This document shows, one piece after another, positions 26,992 to 34,746 of a stretch of 64,000 bases of DNA. Each line of letters starts with the position of its first letter. Position 1 is the stretch's first letter. The DNA comes from Chlorobiota bacterium (GTDB lineage: Bacteria > Bacteroidota > Ignavibacteria > Ignavibacteriales > Ignavibacteriaceae), in assembly GCA_045863055.1 (NCBI GenBank), contig BTUW01000010.1:59417-123416 (forward strand). Reading direction: 5' to 3'. Under the pieces are notes generated by a model that did no database searches, was not told the DNA's origin, and saw only the letters and a program-made list of their open reading frames with translations. The translations under genes were made by a program, and so were the position numbers.

Positions 26992-28283
26992 CGCAAAGAT
27001 ACAGCGCCTATAAGGATTCGGGTGTGGAATGGATTGGGGAGGTCCCTGAACATTGGGAAGTTACCAGAATATCGAACTTAGGATATTTCTATAAGGGTAA
27101 TGGAATTAAGAAAGATGAAGTTCGATTAGAGGGACTACCGTGTATAAGGTATGGAGAAATATATACAACTTATGACAGGATTGTTTCTTCTGTACGGTCA
27201 TTTATTGATAAAGTTACTGCGGAAGAGTCCGTTCAAGGCTTCAAGGGCGATATTTTATTTGCTGGTTCAGGAGAAACGATTGAGGATATTGGGAAGGCCG
27301 TTTTGTACTTTGGAGACGAACCTGTTTATATAGGCGGTGATATTATTGTACTGAGGTCGACACAAGTTGCAAATAGCCTTTTTCTATCCTATGTTGTGAA
27401 TTCACATTATGTACAACATCAAAAATCAATTGTTGGTAAGGGTGAGATTGTTGTACATATTTACTCAAAGTCTATAAGGGATATAAGGATAGCATTACCT
27501 CCTGCAATTGAACAATCCCAAATCGTCGAATTCCTTGACGCGAAAACTTCACTCATCGACAGGCTCATTGATGTAAAACAGAGGCGGATCGAACTCCTGA
27601 AAGAAAAACGGGCTACCCTAATAAACAACGCCGTAACCAAGGGCCTCGACCCCAATGTGAAAATGAAAGACTCCGGCATTGAGTGGATCGGGGAAATTCC
27701 TGAGCATTGGGAAGTTAAAAAGATGAAGTATGGGGTTTCAAATCCATCGATCAAAACCCTTCCAGCTGAAGGCCAAATAAAAATTTCCCCTGAAAATGTC
27801 GAATCAGACACTGGTGTCTGTATAAATTTTTACTCCGATTACGAGGGTGAAGGCTTTCAGTTTGTCACGGGCGACATACTATTTAATAAACTTAGGATTT
27901 ATCTTAAGAAAATACTGTTCGCAGATTTTGATGGAATATCAATGGGTGAAATGATAGTGTTAAGATGTAATGATACTTTGCACAATCGATATTTCTACTT
28001 CATGCTTTTTAACCAAGGGCTCATAGATTGGTTAAACGCGCAATCTACGGGTGTTAAAATGCCGAGAGTCGCACCAGAGGTGATTCTGAATTCTAAGATA
28101 ATTTATCCCCCAGTTTTGGAACAAGACCAGATTATCGAGCACCTCAATTCCGAAACCAAAAAAATCGACGACCTCGTAACTCTCGAGCAGAAAAAGATCG
28201 ACTTGTTAAAAGAGTATCGTCAGGCATTGATATCGGAAACAGTTACGGGAAAGATAAAAATTGGGAAGGAAACAGGTGGGTAA
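26988..28283 (+). CDS. hsdS: Type I restriction-modification system, specificity subunit (two target-recognition domains)
   Basis: ATGA overlap with hsdM. Duplicated architecture with GVEWIGEVPEHWEV and GIEWIGEIPEHWEV, and coiled conserved regions (LLKEKRATLINNAVTKG, LLKEYRQALISETVTGK). Confidence 0.9.
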   Translation: MTQRYSAYKDSGVEWIGEVPEHWEVTRISNLGYFYKGNGIKKDEVRLEGLPCIRYGEIYTTYDRIVSSVRSFIDKVTAEESVQGFKGDILFAGSGETIEDIGKAVLYFGDEPVYIGGDIIVLRSTQVANSLFLSYVVNSHYVQHQKSIVGKGEIVVHIYSKSIRDIRIALPPAIEQSQIVEFLDAKTSLIDRLIDVKQRRIELLKEKRATLINNAVTKGLDPNVKMKDSGIEWIGEIPEHWEVKKMKYGVSNPSIKTLPAEGQIKISPENVESDTGVCINFYSDYEGEGFQFVTGDILFNKLRIYLKKILFADFDGISMGEMIVLRCNDTLHNRYFYFMLFNQGLIDWLNAQSTGVKMPRVAPEVILNSKIIYPPVLEQDQIIEHLNSETKKIDDLVTLEQKKIDLLKEYRQALISETVTGKIKIGKETGG

Positions 28284-28383
28284 GCTGTGAAAAATTTTCA
28301 AATAAGCGTAATCCCGACAGAGATCAGGCAACAGGCTGTTGCCCAAATTGGCATCCTTAATAAATTCAGGGACATTTGCTAAA

Positions 28384-31314
28384 ATGACCGCCCCAACCGA
28401 AAAGCGCTTCGAACAATACATTGAGAACTCCCTTCTCGCGAGAGGGTATGTCCGGAAAGATCACCGGGAATACGACAGGGCACTCTGCCTGATCCCCGGG
28501 GAAGTGACCGGCTTCATCAGGGATACCCAGCCGGAGGCGTGGAAGAGGATCATGCCGAAGCACTCCGAATCAACCCTGGCGAGACTGCTAAGGCACATCT
28601 CATCCGAAGTTGAAAAACGGGGCGTTGTTGATGTACTCCGGAACGGCATTAAGGAGGGGGACCAGACCCTCAGACTCGTTTACTTTCAGCCGAACAGCGG
28701 TCTGAACCGCGACCACGAACAACTGTACACGAAGAACCGGTTCAGCCTCGTCAGGCAGCTCCGTTACTCCGGCGCGAACGAAAACTCGATCGACATGGTG
28801 CTTTTCATCAACGGTCTCCCCGTTGTAACGATGGAGTTGAAGAACAATCTCTCGGGTCAGAACTACAAGGATGCCGAAAAGCAGTACAAAACCGCGCGTG
28901 ATCCCCGAGAACCCCTTCTGAGGTTCACACGGTGCGTGGTGCACTTCTGCGTTGATGAAGATCAGGTTTCGATGACCACCCGCTTAAGCGGTGACTCCAC
29001 CCACTTCCTCCCCTTCAACAAGGGGATCGAGAATCCCGTCAACCTCTCCGGCTACAAGTCATCTTACCTCTGGGAGGAGGTGCTTGAGCCCGCCTCACTT
29101 TGCGACATAATCGAGAACTTTGTACATGTTTCGAGGGAAACCACCTTAAAATGGGACGGCTCGAAAGGGAAAACAGCCGAAAGCAGGAAGGAACTGCTGG
29201 TGTTCCCGCGATACCATCAGCTTGAGGTGATCAGGAAACTTAAAGCGACCGTCAGGGAGGAAGGCCCCGGCCACAACTACCTTATTCAGCACACCACGGG
29301 CTCGGGGAAATCGTACTCGATCGGCTGGCTCGCGCACCTTCTGACATCCCTCTACAGATCGAAAGATGACACCGAAAGGATCTTCGACAGCATAATTGTT
29401 GTAACCGACAGGGTGGTGCTCGACCGGCAACTTCAGGCCACCATCAAGCAGCTTGAACAAACCCGTGGCGTCGTAGCAAAGGTTGAGAAGGGTTCGTCCC
29501 AGCTTAAGCGACACCTCGAGAGCGGAAAAGACATAATTGTAACCACTATTCAGAAATTCCCTTACATCTCAAGTCAGCTCGCCTCAATGAGTGACAGGAC
29601 ATTCGGCGTGATAATCGACGAGGTCCACTCATCCCAGACAGGGGAGACTGCCAAGCATCTTAAGAAGGCGCTCTCATCCACGGGCTCGCAGGAAGATGAC
29701 CCCGGAATGGAAGACAAGATCCTCAGGGAGATCGAGAGCCGGGGAAGGCAGCCCCACATCTCATTCTTTGGATTCACAGGGACGCCAAAGAACAAGACGC
29801 TTGAGCTTTTCGGCCGGAAGAATGACGACGACAGGTTTGAGGCTTTCCATTACTACACGATGCAACAGTCGATCCACGAAGGTTTCACCCTCGATGTGCT
29901 TCAGAACTACACTACTTACAAAAGGTGGTTCAAAGTGGTTCAGAAGGATGAGGAGGAGAGGGAAGTGGTGAAGGGACGGGCCAAAAGGGCTGTTTTTCAA
30001 TTTGTTGATTCGCACGGGGAGACGATCCACCGGAAGGTTCAGATAATACTCGATCAGTTCAGACACAGAACCGAAAAAAAGATCGGGGGCGAAGCCAGGG
30101 CGATGGTGGTTGTGAGGTCGCGGCTTCACTGCGTGCTATTCTTCAAAGAGATGTCGCAGCAGATGAAGGAGAAGGGTTTCCCATATTCATGTCTTGTGGC
30201 TTTCAGCGGGACGGTAAGTCACGAAGGGGTTGAGTACACCGAGGACTCCCTGAACAAAGAGAACCGTCTGGCCGCCGGCATTTCGATCGCGAAAGGGCTG
30301 AAAGACCCCCGGTACAGGATCCTGATCGTTTCGAACAAGTTCCAGACGGGATATGATGAGCCGCTGATGCACACGATGTTTATCGACAAACGCCTCGACG
30401 GCATACAGTGCGTGCAGACCCTCTCGCGGCTGAACAGAACCGCGCGGGGTAAAACAGATACATTCATCCTCGATTTTGTGAACAAGTATGAAGAGGTTAT
30501 CGAGTCGTTCAAGCCGTTCTACACTACCACACTTCTCTCGGAGGAAACGGACAAGGAAAAGATACACGAGATAGAGCAGAAGATCATGAGGTATAACCTC
30601 TACACGAAATTTGATGTGGAGAAGTTCAACAAACTTTACTACGAGGAAAAAGCCACCGATGAAGAGCTTCAGCCGGTCATCGATGTGGTGGTCGCGCGGT
30701 GGAAGGAACTCACTCCGGCTGAGAGGAGGCGGGAAAGCAAGTCGGAGATACAGTCTTTCATAAGGATATACGGCTATCTCTCGCAGATAATACCGCTTGG
30801 AGTGTACTACGAGATGCTGTTCATCTTTCTAAAATACCTCAACCGGAAGCTTCCGAAAACACAACAATTCGATTTTGATGTATCGAACGCGATCGATCTT
30901 GAATCGCTGAGGATCGACAGGTTCAGTGAGCACAGCAGTACCATGACCGCTGAACCGGGTATCGTGGATCCTATCGGTGTGGAAACCGGCGGCAGGCCCG
31001 ATGAACCGAGAGGCCCCCTCTCCGAACTGATAAAGAACATAAACAAGGTTTACGGCGACACCCTCACCGAGGCGCACCACATCCTCCTCAGGCAGGTCAG
31101 CGAAAACCTTCAGAAGAACGAAACCCTTAAAACCTTCATGACAGCCGACAATTCCGAGCAGAACAAAAAGAAAAAGTTCGAACAGGAGTTTAACAGGCTT
31201 ATCCTTCCATTCGTCCGCGACGACCTGAAATTCTACCAGAAAATGAGCGACAAGAATGTTAAGCCGATCGTGGTGGAGTATTTGTATAATATATGGCGGA
31301 GGGCTGAAGGATGA
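28384..31314 (+). CDS. hsdR: Type I restriction enzyme, endonuclease/translocase subunit
   Basis: First ATG at 28384 (track TTG 28339). N-terminal nuclease-like region (DMVLFINGLPVVTMELK), helicase motif I QHTTGSGKS, motif II IIDEVHSSQ and motif VI QTLSRLNR. Confidence 0.92.
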   Translation: MTAPTEKRFEQYIENSLLARGYVRKDHREYDRALCLIPGEVTGFIRDTQPEAWKRIMPKHSESTLARLLRHISSEVEKRGVVDVLRNGIKEGDQTLRLVYFQPNSGLNRDHEQLYTKNRFSLVRQLRYSGANENSIDMVLFINGLPVVTMELKNNLSGQNYKDAEKQYKTARDPREPLLRFTRCVVHFCVDEDQVSMTTRLSGDSTHFLPFNKGIENPVNLSGYKSSYLWEEVLEPASLCDIIENFVHVSRETTLKWDGSKGKTAESRKELLVFPRYHQLEVIRKLKATVREEGPGHNYLIQHTTGSGKSYSIGWLAHLLTSLYRSKDDTERIFDSIIVVTDRVVLDRQLQATIKQLEQTRGVVAKVEKGSSQLKRHLESGKDIIVTTIQKFPYISSQLASMSDRTFGVIIDEVHSSQTGETAKHLKKALSSTGSQEDDPGMEDKILREIESRGRQPHISFFGFTGTPKNKTLELFGRKNDDDRFEAFHYYTMQQSIHEGFTLDVLQNYTTYKRWFKVVQKDEEEREVVKGRAKRAVFQFVDSHGETIHRKVQIILDQFRHRTEKKIGGEARAMVVVRSRLHCVLFFKEMSQQMKEKGFPYSCLVAFSGTVSHEGVEYTEDSLNKENRLAAGISIAKGLKDPRYRILIVSNKFQTGYDEPLMHTMFIDKRLDGIQCVQTLSRLNRTARGKTDTFILDFVNKYEEVIESFKPFYTTTLLSEETDKEKIHEIEQKIMRYNLYTKFDVEKFNKLYYEEKATDEELQPVIDVVVARWKELTPAERRRESKSEIQSFIRIYGYLSQIIPLGVYYEMLFIFLKYLNRKLPKTQQFDFDVSNAIDLESLRIDRFSEHSSTMTAEPGIVDPIGVETGGRPDEPRGPLSELIKNINKVYGDTLTEAHHILLRQVSENLQKNETLKTFMTADNSEQNKKKKFEQEFNRLILPFVRDDLKFYQKMSDKNVKPIVVEYLYNIWRRAEG

Positions 31315-31348
31315 AGGCTGATCCGCCTGCGGCGGAGTTGGATCTGAA

Positions 31349-32212
31349 GTGTTAAATGTAATCAAACCCTCCCTCACACTTATCCGTCCTGATCTATCCA
31401 TAGCGGCGGGGATATGTGTTCTGACGGGTCAGCTGCTTGCACTCGGCGAAATGAGCACACCTGTTCAGGCGCTTTCGGGTTTCTTTTCGGTGGCGCTGAT
31501 ATCGGGCGCGATCCTCGCGCTGAATGATTGTCTGGATGTGGCATCAGATATGATCAACGCGCCTCACAGACCGATACCGTCGGGGATGATCTCCCTTAAG
31601 GCGGCTTACGCACTTGCCGTTACACTTTTCATTGCCGGATTGGGCTTAAGCGCGGTCACGGGGTTATTGTCCCTGGCGGCGGGTGTCGTACTGGCGGTCG
31701 TTGGGATATTATACAACTGGAAGTTCAAAAAGACAGGCTTGCCGGGGAATATGATGGTGAGTTTCTCGGTGGGGATGACGTTTGTTTATGGTGGCATAAG
31801 CGTTGGTTTGCCGTTCGAAAAGACGGTGCTGTTCTTCGGTTTGCTGGCTGCTGCCCTCGACCTGGGTGAAGAGATCGCGGCTGACGCGATGGATATGGAG
31901 GGGGATAAGGAGATAAACTCCAATTCAATTGCGATAAAATTTGGCAGGGGTATGGCACTGTGGATCAGCAGCGGGATATTCGGGTTTGTGATGGTTCTTA
32001 CAGTTATTCCGTTTGCAATGGGATGGTTTGAACCTGTGTATCTGATCCCGATCATTGTGATGGATGGGATAATAATATATGCGGTCACCAATCTTCTAAG
32101 ATCGAAGGGTGATCCACATGCGGTGGAGGGGAGGGGATATATAAAATGGATATATCGAGGTTCAACGGCGGCGATTCTGGCGTTTCTGGTTATGAGGTTG
32201 GCGGGGGTGTGA
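31349..32212 (+). CDS. UbiA superfamily prenyltransferase (DGGGP-synthase-like)
   Basis: GTG start. Asp-rich motif 1 NDCLDVASDMINAPHRPIPSG and motif 2 EEIAADAMDMEGD. About 8 predicted TM helices. Confidence 0.8.
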   Translation: MLNVIKPSLTLIRPDLSIAAGICVLTGQLLALGEMSTPVQALSGFFSVALISGAILALNDCLDVASDMINAPHRPIPSGMISLKAAYALAVTLFIAGLGLSAVTGLLSLAAGVVLAVVGILYNWKFKKTGLPGNMMVSFSVGMTFVYGGISVGLPFEKTVLFFGLLAAALDLGEEIAADAMDMEGDKEINSNSIAIKFGRGMALWISSGIFGFVMVLTVIPFAMGWFEPVYLIPIIVMDGIIIYAVTNLLRSKGDPHAVEGRGYIKWIYRGSTAAILAFLVMRLAGV

Positions 32213-32263
32213 GCCCCCTATCATAGCACCCCTACGGGGAGCATCCCATTTAAAATCTCTACC

Positions 32264-32339
32264 CTACCAACATTCCGCCCCCGCGGGGCGGTGCTTGCCC
32301 TTCGGGCAATCGCAAGCAAGGATGCTTGCGCCACAAAGT
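32264..32339 (-). repeat. Three-hairpin core module, copy 2 (inverted orientation)
   Basis: The minus strand reads actttgtggCGCAAGCAtcctTGCTTGCGa-TTGCCC-gaa-GGGCAA-..-CCGCCC-cgcg-GGGCGG-aatgttggtag. Confidence 0.6.
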
Positions 32340-32357
32340 AGTCTGAGATATACACCC

Positions 32358-32527
32358 AAATCCTGAAAATCCTCGAATCCTGAAAATCCTGATTCAGACA
32401 GCCCTTTAAAAACCAAAAACCGGTGGTTAAAACCACCGGCTATTGGAAAACTCATTCCGCCGAAGGCGGATCAAACTTCACAGTTCACTTCGCCGCGGCG
32501 AATCACTCCGCCTTCGGCGGATCACAC
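32358..32527. repeat. Mosaic intergenic element: CAGGATT-type words (inverted), ccggtgg terminator hairpin, and three CCGCC-loop-GGCGG-ATCA hairpins
   Basis: aaatcctgaaaatcctcgaatcctgaaaatcctgattcagaca. ccggtggttaaaaccaccgg. ccgccgaaggcggatca, tcgccgcggcgaatca and ccgccttcggcggatca. Confidence 0.85.
32412..32441 (-). terminator. Intrinsic terminator downstream of the rhodanese operon
   Basis: The minus strand reads CCGGTGGttttaaCCACCGGTTTTTGGTTTTT. It is the same module as 23214..23241. Confidence 0.7.
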
Positions 32528-32532
32528 TTCTC

Positions 32533-32955
32533 CTAGTTACCCGCTTTTCTCCAGGCGAGCATGCCGCCGCTGACATTGATGGCGTTGAAGCCTTTGTCGC
32601 GGAGGAGGGTGGTTGCTTTACCGGAGCGGTTGCCCGAGCGGCAGACCACGGCGATCTCTTTGTTCTTGAACTGATCGAGCTCGGTGTGTCTTTTTGACAT
32701 TTCATCAACCGGAATGTGAATGATACCGGGGATGGCGCCGAGTTCACCTGAAAGTTCGCCGAGTGTTCTTACATCAACGATCACCATGTTGGTGTCGCCG
32801 GCTGCAATTCTTTGCTTAAGTTCGTCGACCGTCATTGTGGTTTTGGCGGCTTGAACTTCTGTCGCGGGCTTTCCGTCACTTCCTGTGTTCTGGGCGTTGC
32901 AGCCTGTGATCGTGAAAACGAAGAAGAGGAGCGGAAGAAATGCTTTGTATCTCAT
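32533..32955 (-). CDS. Rhodanese-domain sulfurtransferase lipoprotein
   Basis: Lipobox FVFTITGCNA. Active-site loop VVCRSGNRSGKA. Confidence 0.85.
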   Translation of the reverse strand: MRYKAFLPLLFFVFTITGCNAQNTGSDGKPATEVQAAKTTMTVDELKQRIAAGDTNMVIVDVRTLGELSGELGAIPGIIHIPVDEMSKRHTELDQFKNKEIAVVCRSGNRSGKATTLLRDKGFNAINVSGGMLAWRKAGN

Positions 32956-32984
32956 TAATGTACCTTTATTTTGTTTAATTCCGT

Positions 32985-33230
32985 TTAATTCAGACCGCAG
33001 GAGCCACCGCTGCAGCAGCTTCCGGTATCGCAGGAAGATGAAGTGTCGAAAGCGGGACTTGTCTTGGATGAAAACCCTCCCACCACATTGGGGGCGAAGG
33101 TTGACATGAGTTTTTTAATGTTGGCTGAGTTACACTTCGGACAGCTTACATCCTCGATTTTGGTTACCGAGCGGTGAAGTATCTCGAAGCGGTTGTCGCA
33201 ATCGGTGCATTTATATTCATAAATCGGCAT
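32985..33230 (-). CDS. FmdB-family zinc-ribbon protein with Cys-rich tail
   Basis: MPIYEYKCTDCDNRFE...CPKC, followed by SSSCDTGSCCSGGSCG. Confidence 0.85.
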   Translation of the reverse strand: MPIYEYKCTDCDNRFEILHRSVTKIEDVSCPKCNSANIKKLMSTFAPNVVGGFSSKTSPAFDTSSSCDTGSCCSGGSCGLN

Positions 33231-33244
33231 TTTTAACTCCTTGT

Positions 33245-33478
33245 TTACTCAAGATCAAGTTTTTTTAATAGATTGTTGTGAAGCTCATCGCTGAAGCCGG
33301 GGTCGTACTCGCGGTACCAGTCGATAATGCACTCGATCGAGGCGCTGTAGTCGCTGCATGATCCGCATGTTTCGATGTGGTGCCTGATGGCGCGGCATCT
33401 CTCCGAGTCGATATCCTCTTTAAGATTTTCGCAGATGTAAACCATTACATCCTTGCATTGTACATTTTCAAATTTCAT
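33245..33478 (-). CDS. Small soluble ZAS-type anti-sigma factor (zf-HC2, RsrA-like; no TM segment)
   Basis: The Hx3Cx2C motif HIETCGSC is preceded by CKDVMVYIC...C. 77 aa. ATGA start/stop overlap with the ECF sigma gene. Confidence 0.75.
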   Translation of the reverse strand: MKFENVQCKDVMVYICENLKEDIDSERCRAIRHHIETCGSCSDYSASIECIIDWYREYDPGFSDELHNNLLKKLDLE

Positions 33479-34035
33479 CTCTGAAATTCCTTTGAAATCT
33501 CGTTTCGTAAAAAAGCGCGTGCCCTGTGAAGGCGTGATTTGACTGCGGGAACCGACAGGCCTGTTATACCCGCGGTTTCCTCGGTCGAGAGTTGCTGCAC
33601 ATCCCTCAGGGTAAAAACAATTCTGTATTCAGGTGCAAGTTTGTCGATCGAACGGTCTAAAATTTCTCTTAATTCCTGATTTTCCACCGACTTATAGGGA
33701 ATTGTCGACCAGTCGGCGGCGTGCCTCTCACTGAAGAGCTCTTCGTCATCATCCGGTTCCACGAACATATCCTTCTTCGCCTTCCGTGCCGACATGAGGC
33801 AGTGGTTAACGGATATCCGGTAGAGCCATGTTGAGAGTTTTGAGTTGCCGTCGAAACCTTTCAGTGATCTCAGCATGCTCAGGAAGGTCTCCTGCATCAC
33901 GTTCTCCGCCTTTTCGCGGTTGCGGCAGATCTTGAACGCGAAGCTGTAGAGGGTTTTCTCGTATTTCTTAACCAGGTCTCTGAGAGCATCCCTGTCGCCC
34001 GTCTTGGCCAATTCTATTAATTTTTCTTCTGACAT
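33475..34035 (-). CDS. ECF (group IV) RNA polymerase sigma-70 factor
   Basis: Start at MSEEKLIELAKTGDRDAL (34035). Region 2 YSFAFKICRNREKAENVMQETF and region 4 EETAGITGLSVPAVKSRLHRAR. Confidence 0.9.
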   Translation of the reverse strand: MSEEKLIELAKTGDRDALRDLVKKYEKTLYSFAFKICRNREKAENVMQETFLSMLRSLKGFDGNSKLSTWLYRISVNHCLMSARKAKKDMFVEPDDDEELFSERHAADWSTIPYKSVENQELREILDRSIDKLAPEYRIVFTLRDVQQLSTEETAGITGLSVPAVKSRLHRARAFLRNEISKEFQR

Positions 34036-34060
34036 TTGATGATCCAAGTGAAAAAAAGAT

Positions 34061-34696
34061 TCAATAAATGGGCGATCCGGCCCCGGGAGTATCAATACTT
34101 TTCCATAAATAATAACAAGCAATGGTGTTGTAAGGTGCCCAATTGCCCTTTTCAGAGATCTCGATGAGCTTTTTGGTATCAGGCATTTCAGGGAGGTTGT
34201 AGTTAACCATCACGGCGCGCTTGATTCCGAGGTCGCCAACGGGGAGGATGTTTGGCCTTACAAGTGTGAACATCAGGAACATGTGGGCTGTCCACTCGCC
34301 GACACCTTTGATCTTCACGAGTTCCCTTATGATCTCATCATCGGTCATATCAGGGAATTTGTGGAAGTGCACATCCCCCTTCAGGAAGGCGGAGGCGATC
34401 TCCTTTACATAGCGCACCTTCGCATTCGAGAGTCCGAGGGCCCTGATATCGTCGTGCGGGGTGTCGAGTATCAGCTGCAGACCGGGGTCATCGCCGAATT
34501 TTTCGAGGAATCTCTGCTCGATCTTCCAGGCTGCCTTGATCGAAAGTTGCTGGTTAATTATCGCGGTAATGAGGTCTTTCGCGTAATGAGGCCGCTCTTC
34601 GTAACCGAAAGGGGGTATTTTTTCGGTCAGTGGCTTAAGAACCGGGTCATTTTTGGCGAGATGTTCAATACCTTTCGTTATTTCATTTCGATTCAT
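34061..34696 (-). CDS. HhH-GPD DNA glycosylase (DNA-3-methyladenine glycosylase II, AlkA-like)
   Basis: Start at MNRNEITKG (34696). LSIKAAWKI, LSNAKVRYVKEIA, IKGVGEWTAHMFLMF and VGDLGI. Confidence 0.8.
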   Translation of the reverse strand: MNRNEITKGIEHLAKNDPVLKPLTEKIPPFGYEERPHYAKDLITAIINQQLSIKAAWKIEQRFLEKFGDDPGLQLILDTPHDDIRALGLSNAKVRYVKEIASAFLKGDVHFHKFPDMTDDEIIRELVKIKGVGEWTAHMFLMFTLVRPNILPVGDLGIKRAVMVNYNLPEMPDTKKLIEISEKGNWAPYNTIACYYLWKSIDTPGAGSPIY

Positions 34697-34746
34697 TATA
34701 TTAATTTGCTTGTTTATATTTATAAAATTACGTTCCCCAAAGTTAA

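Noticed and set aside
26988-28283. Phase-variable hsdS shufflon
   Set aside because: Only one hsdS is present. There are no inverted partial hsdS copies or adjacent recombinase. The internal direct repeat (GxEWIGExPEHWEV) is the normal two-TRD duplication.
30829-31401. 190-aa ORF antisense to the hsdR 3' end
   Set aside because: Shadow ORF. hsdR helicase and C-terminal motifs occupy the opposite strand.
32221-32747. Small ORFs (63-89 aa) in and around the 32.2-32.5 kb gap
   Set aside because: They span repeat modules or lie antisense to the rhodanese gene, and show no coding signal.
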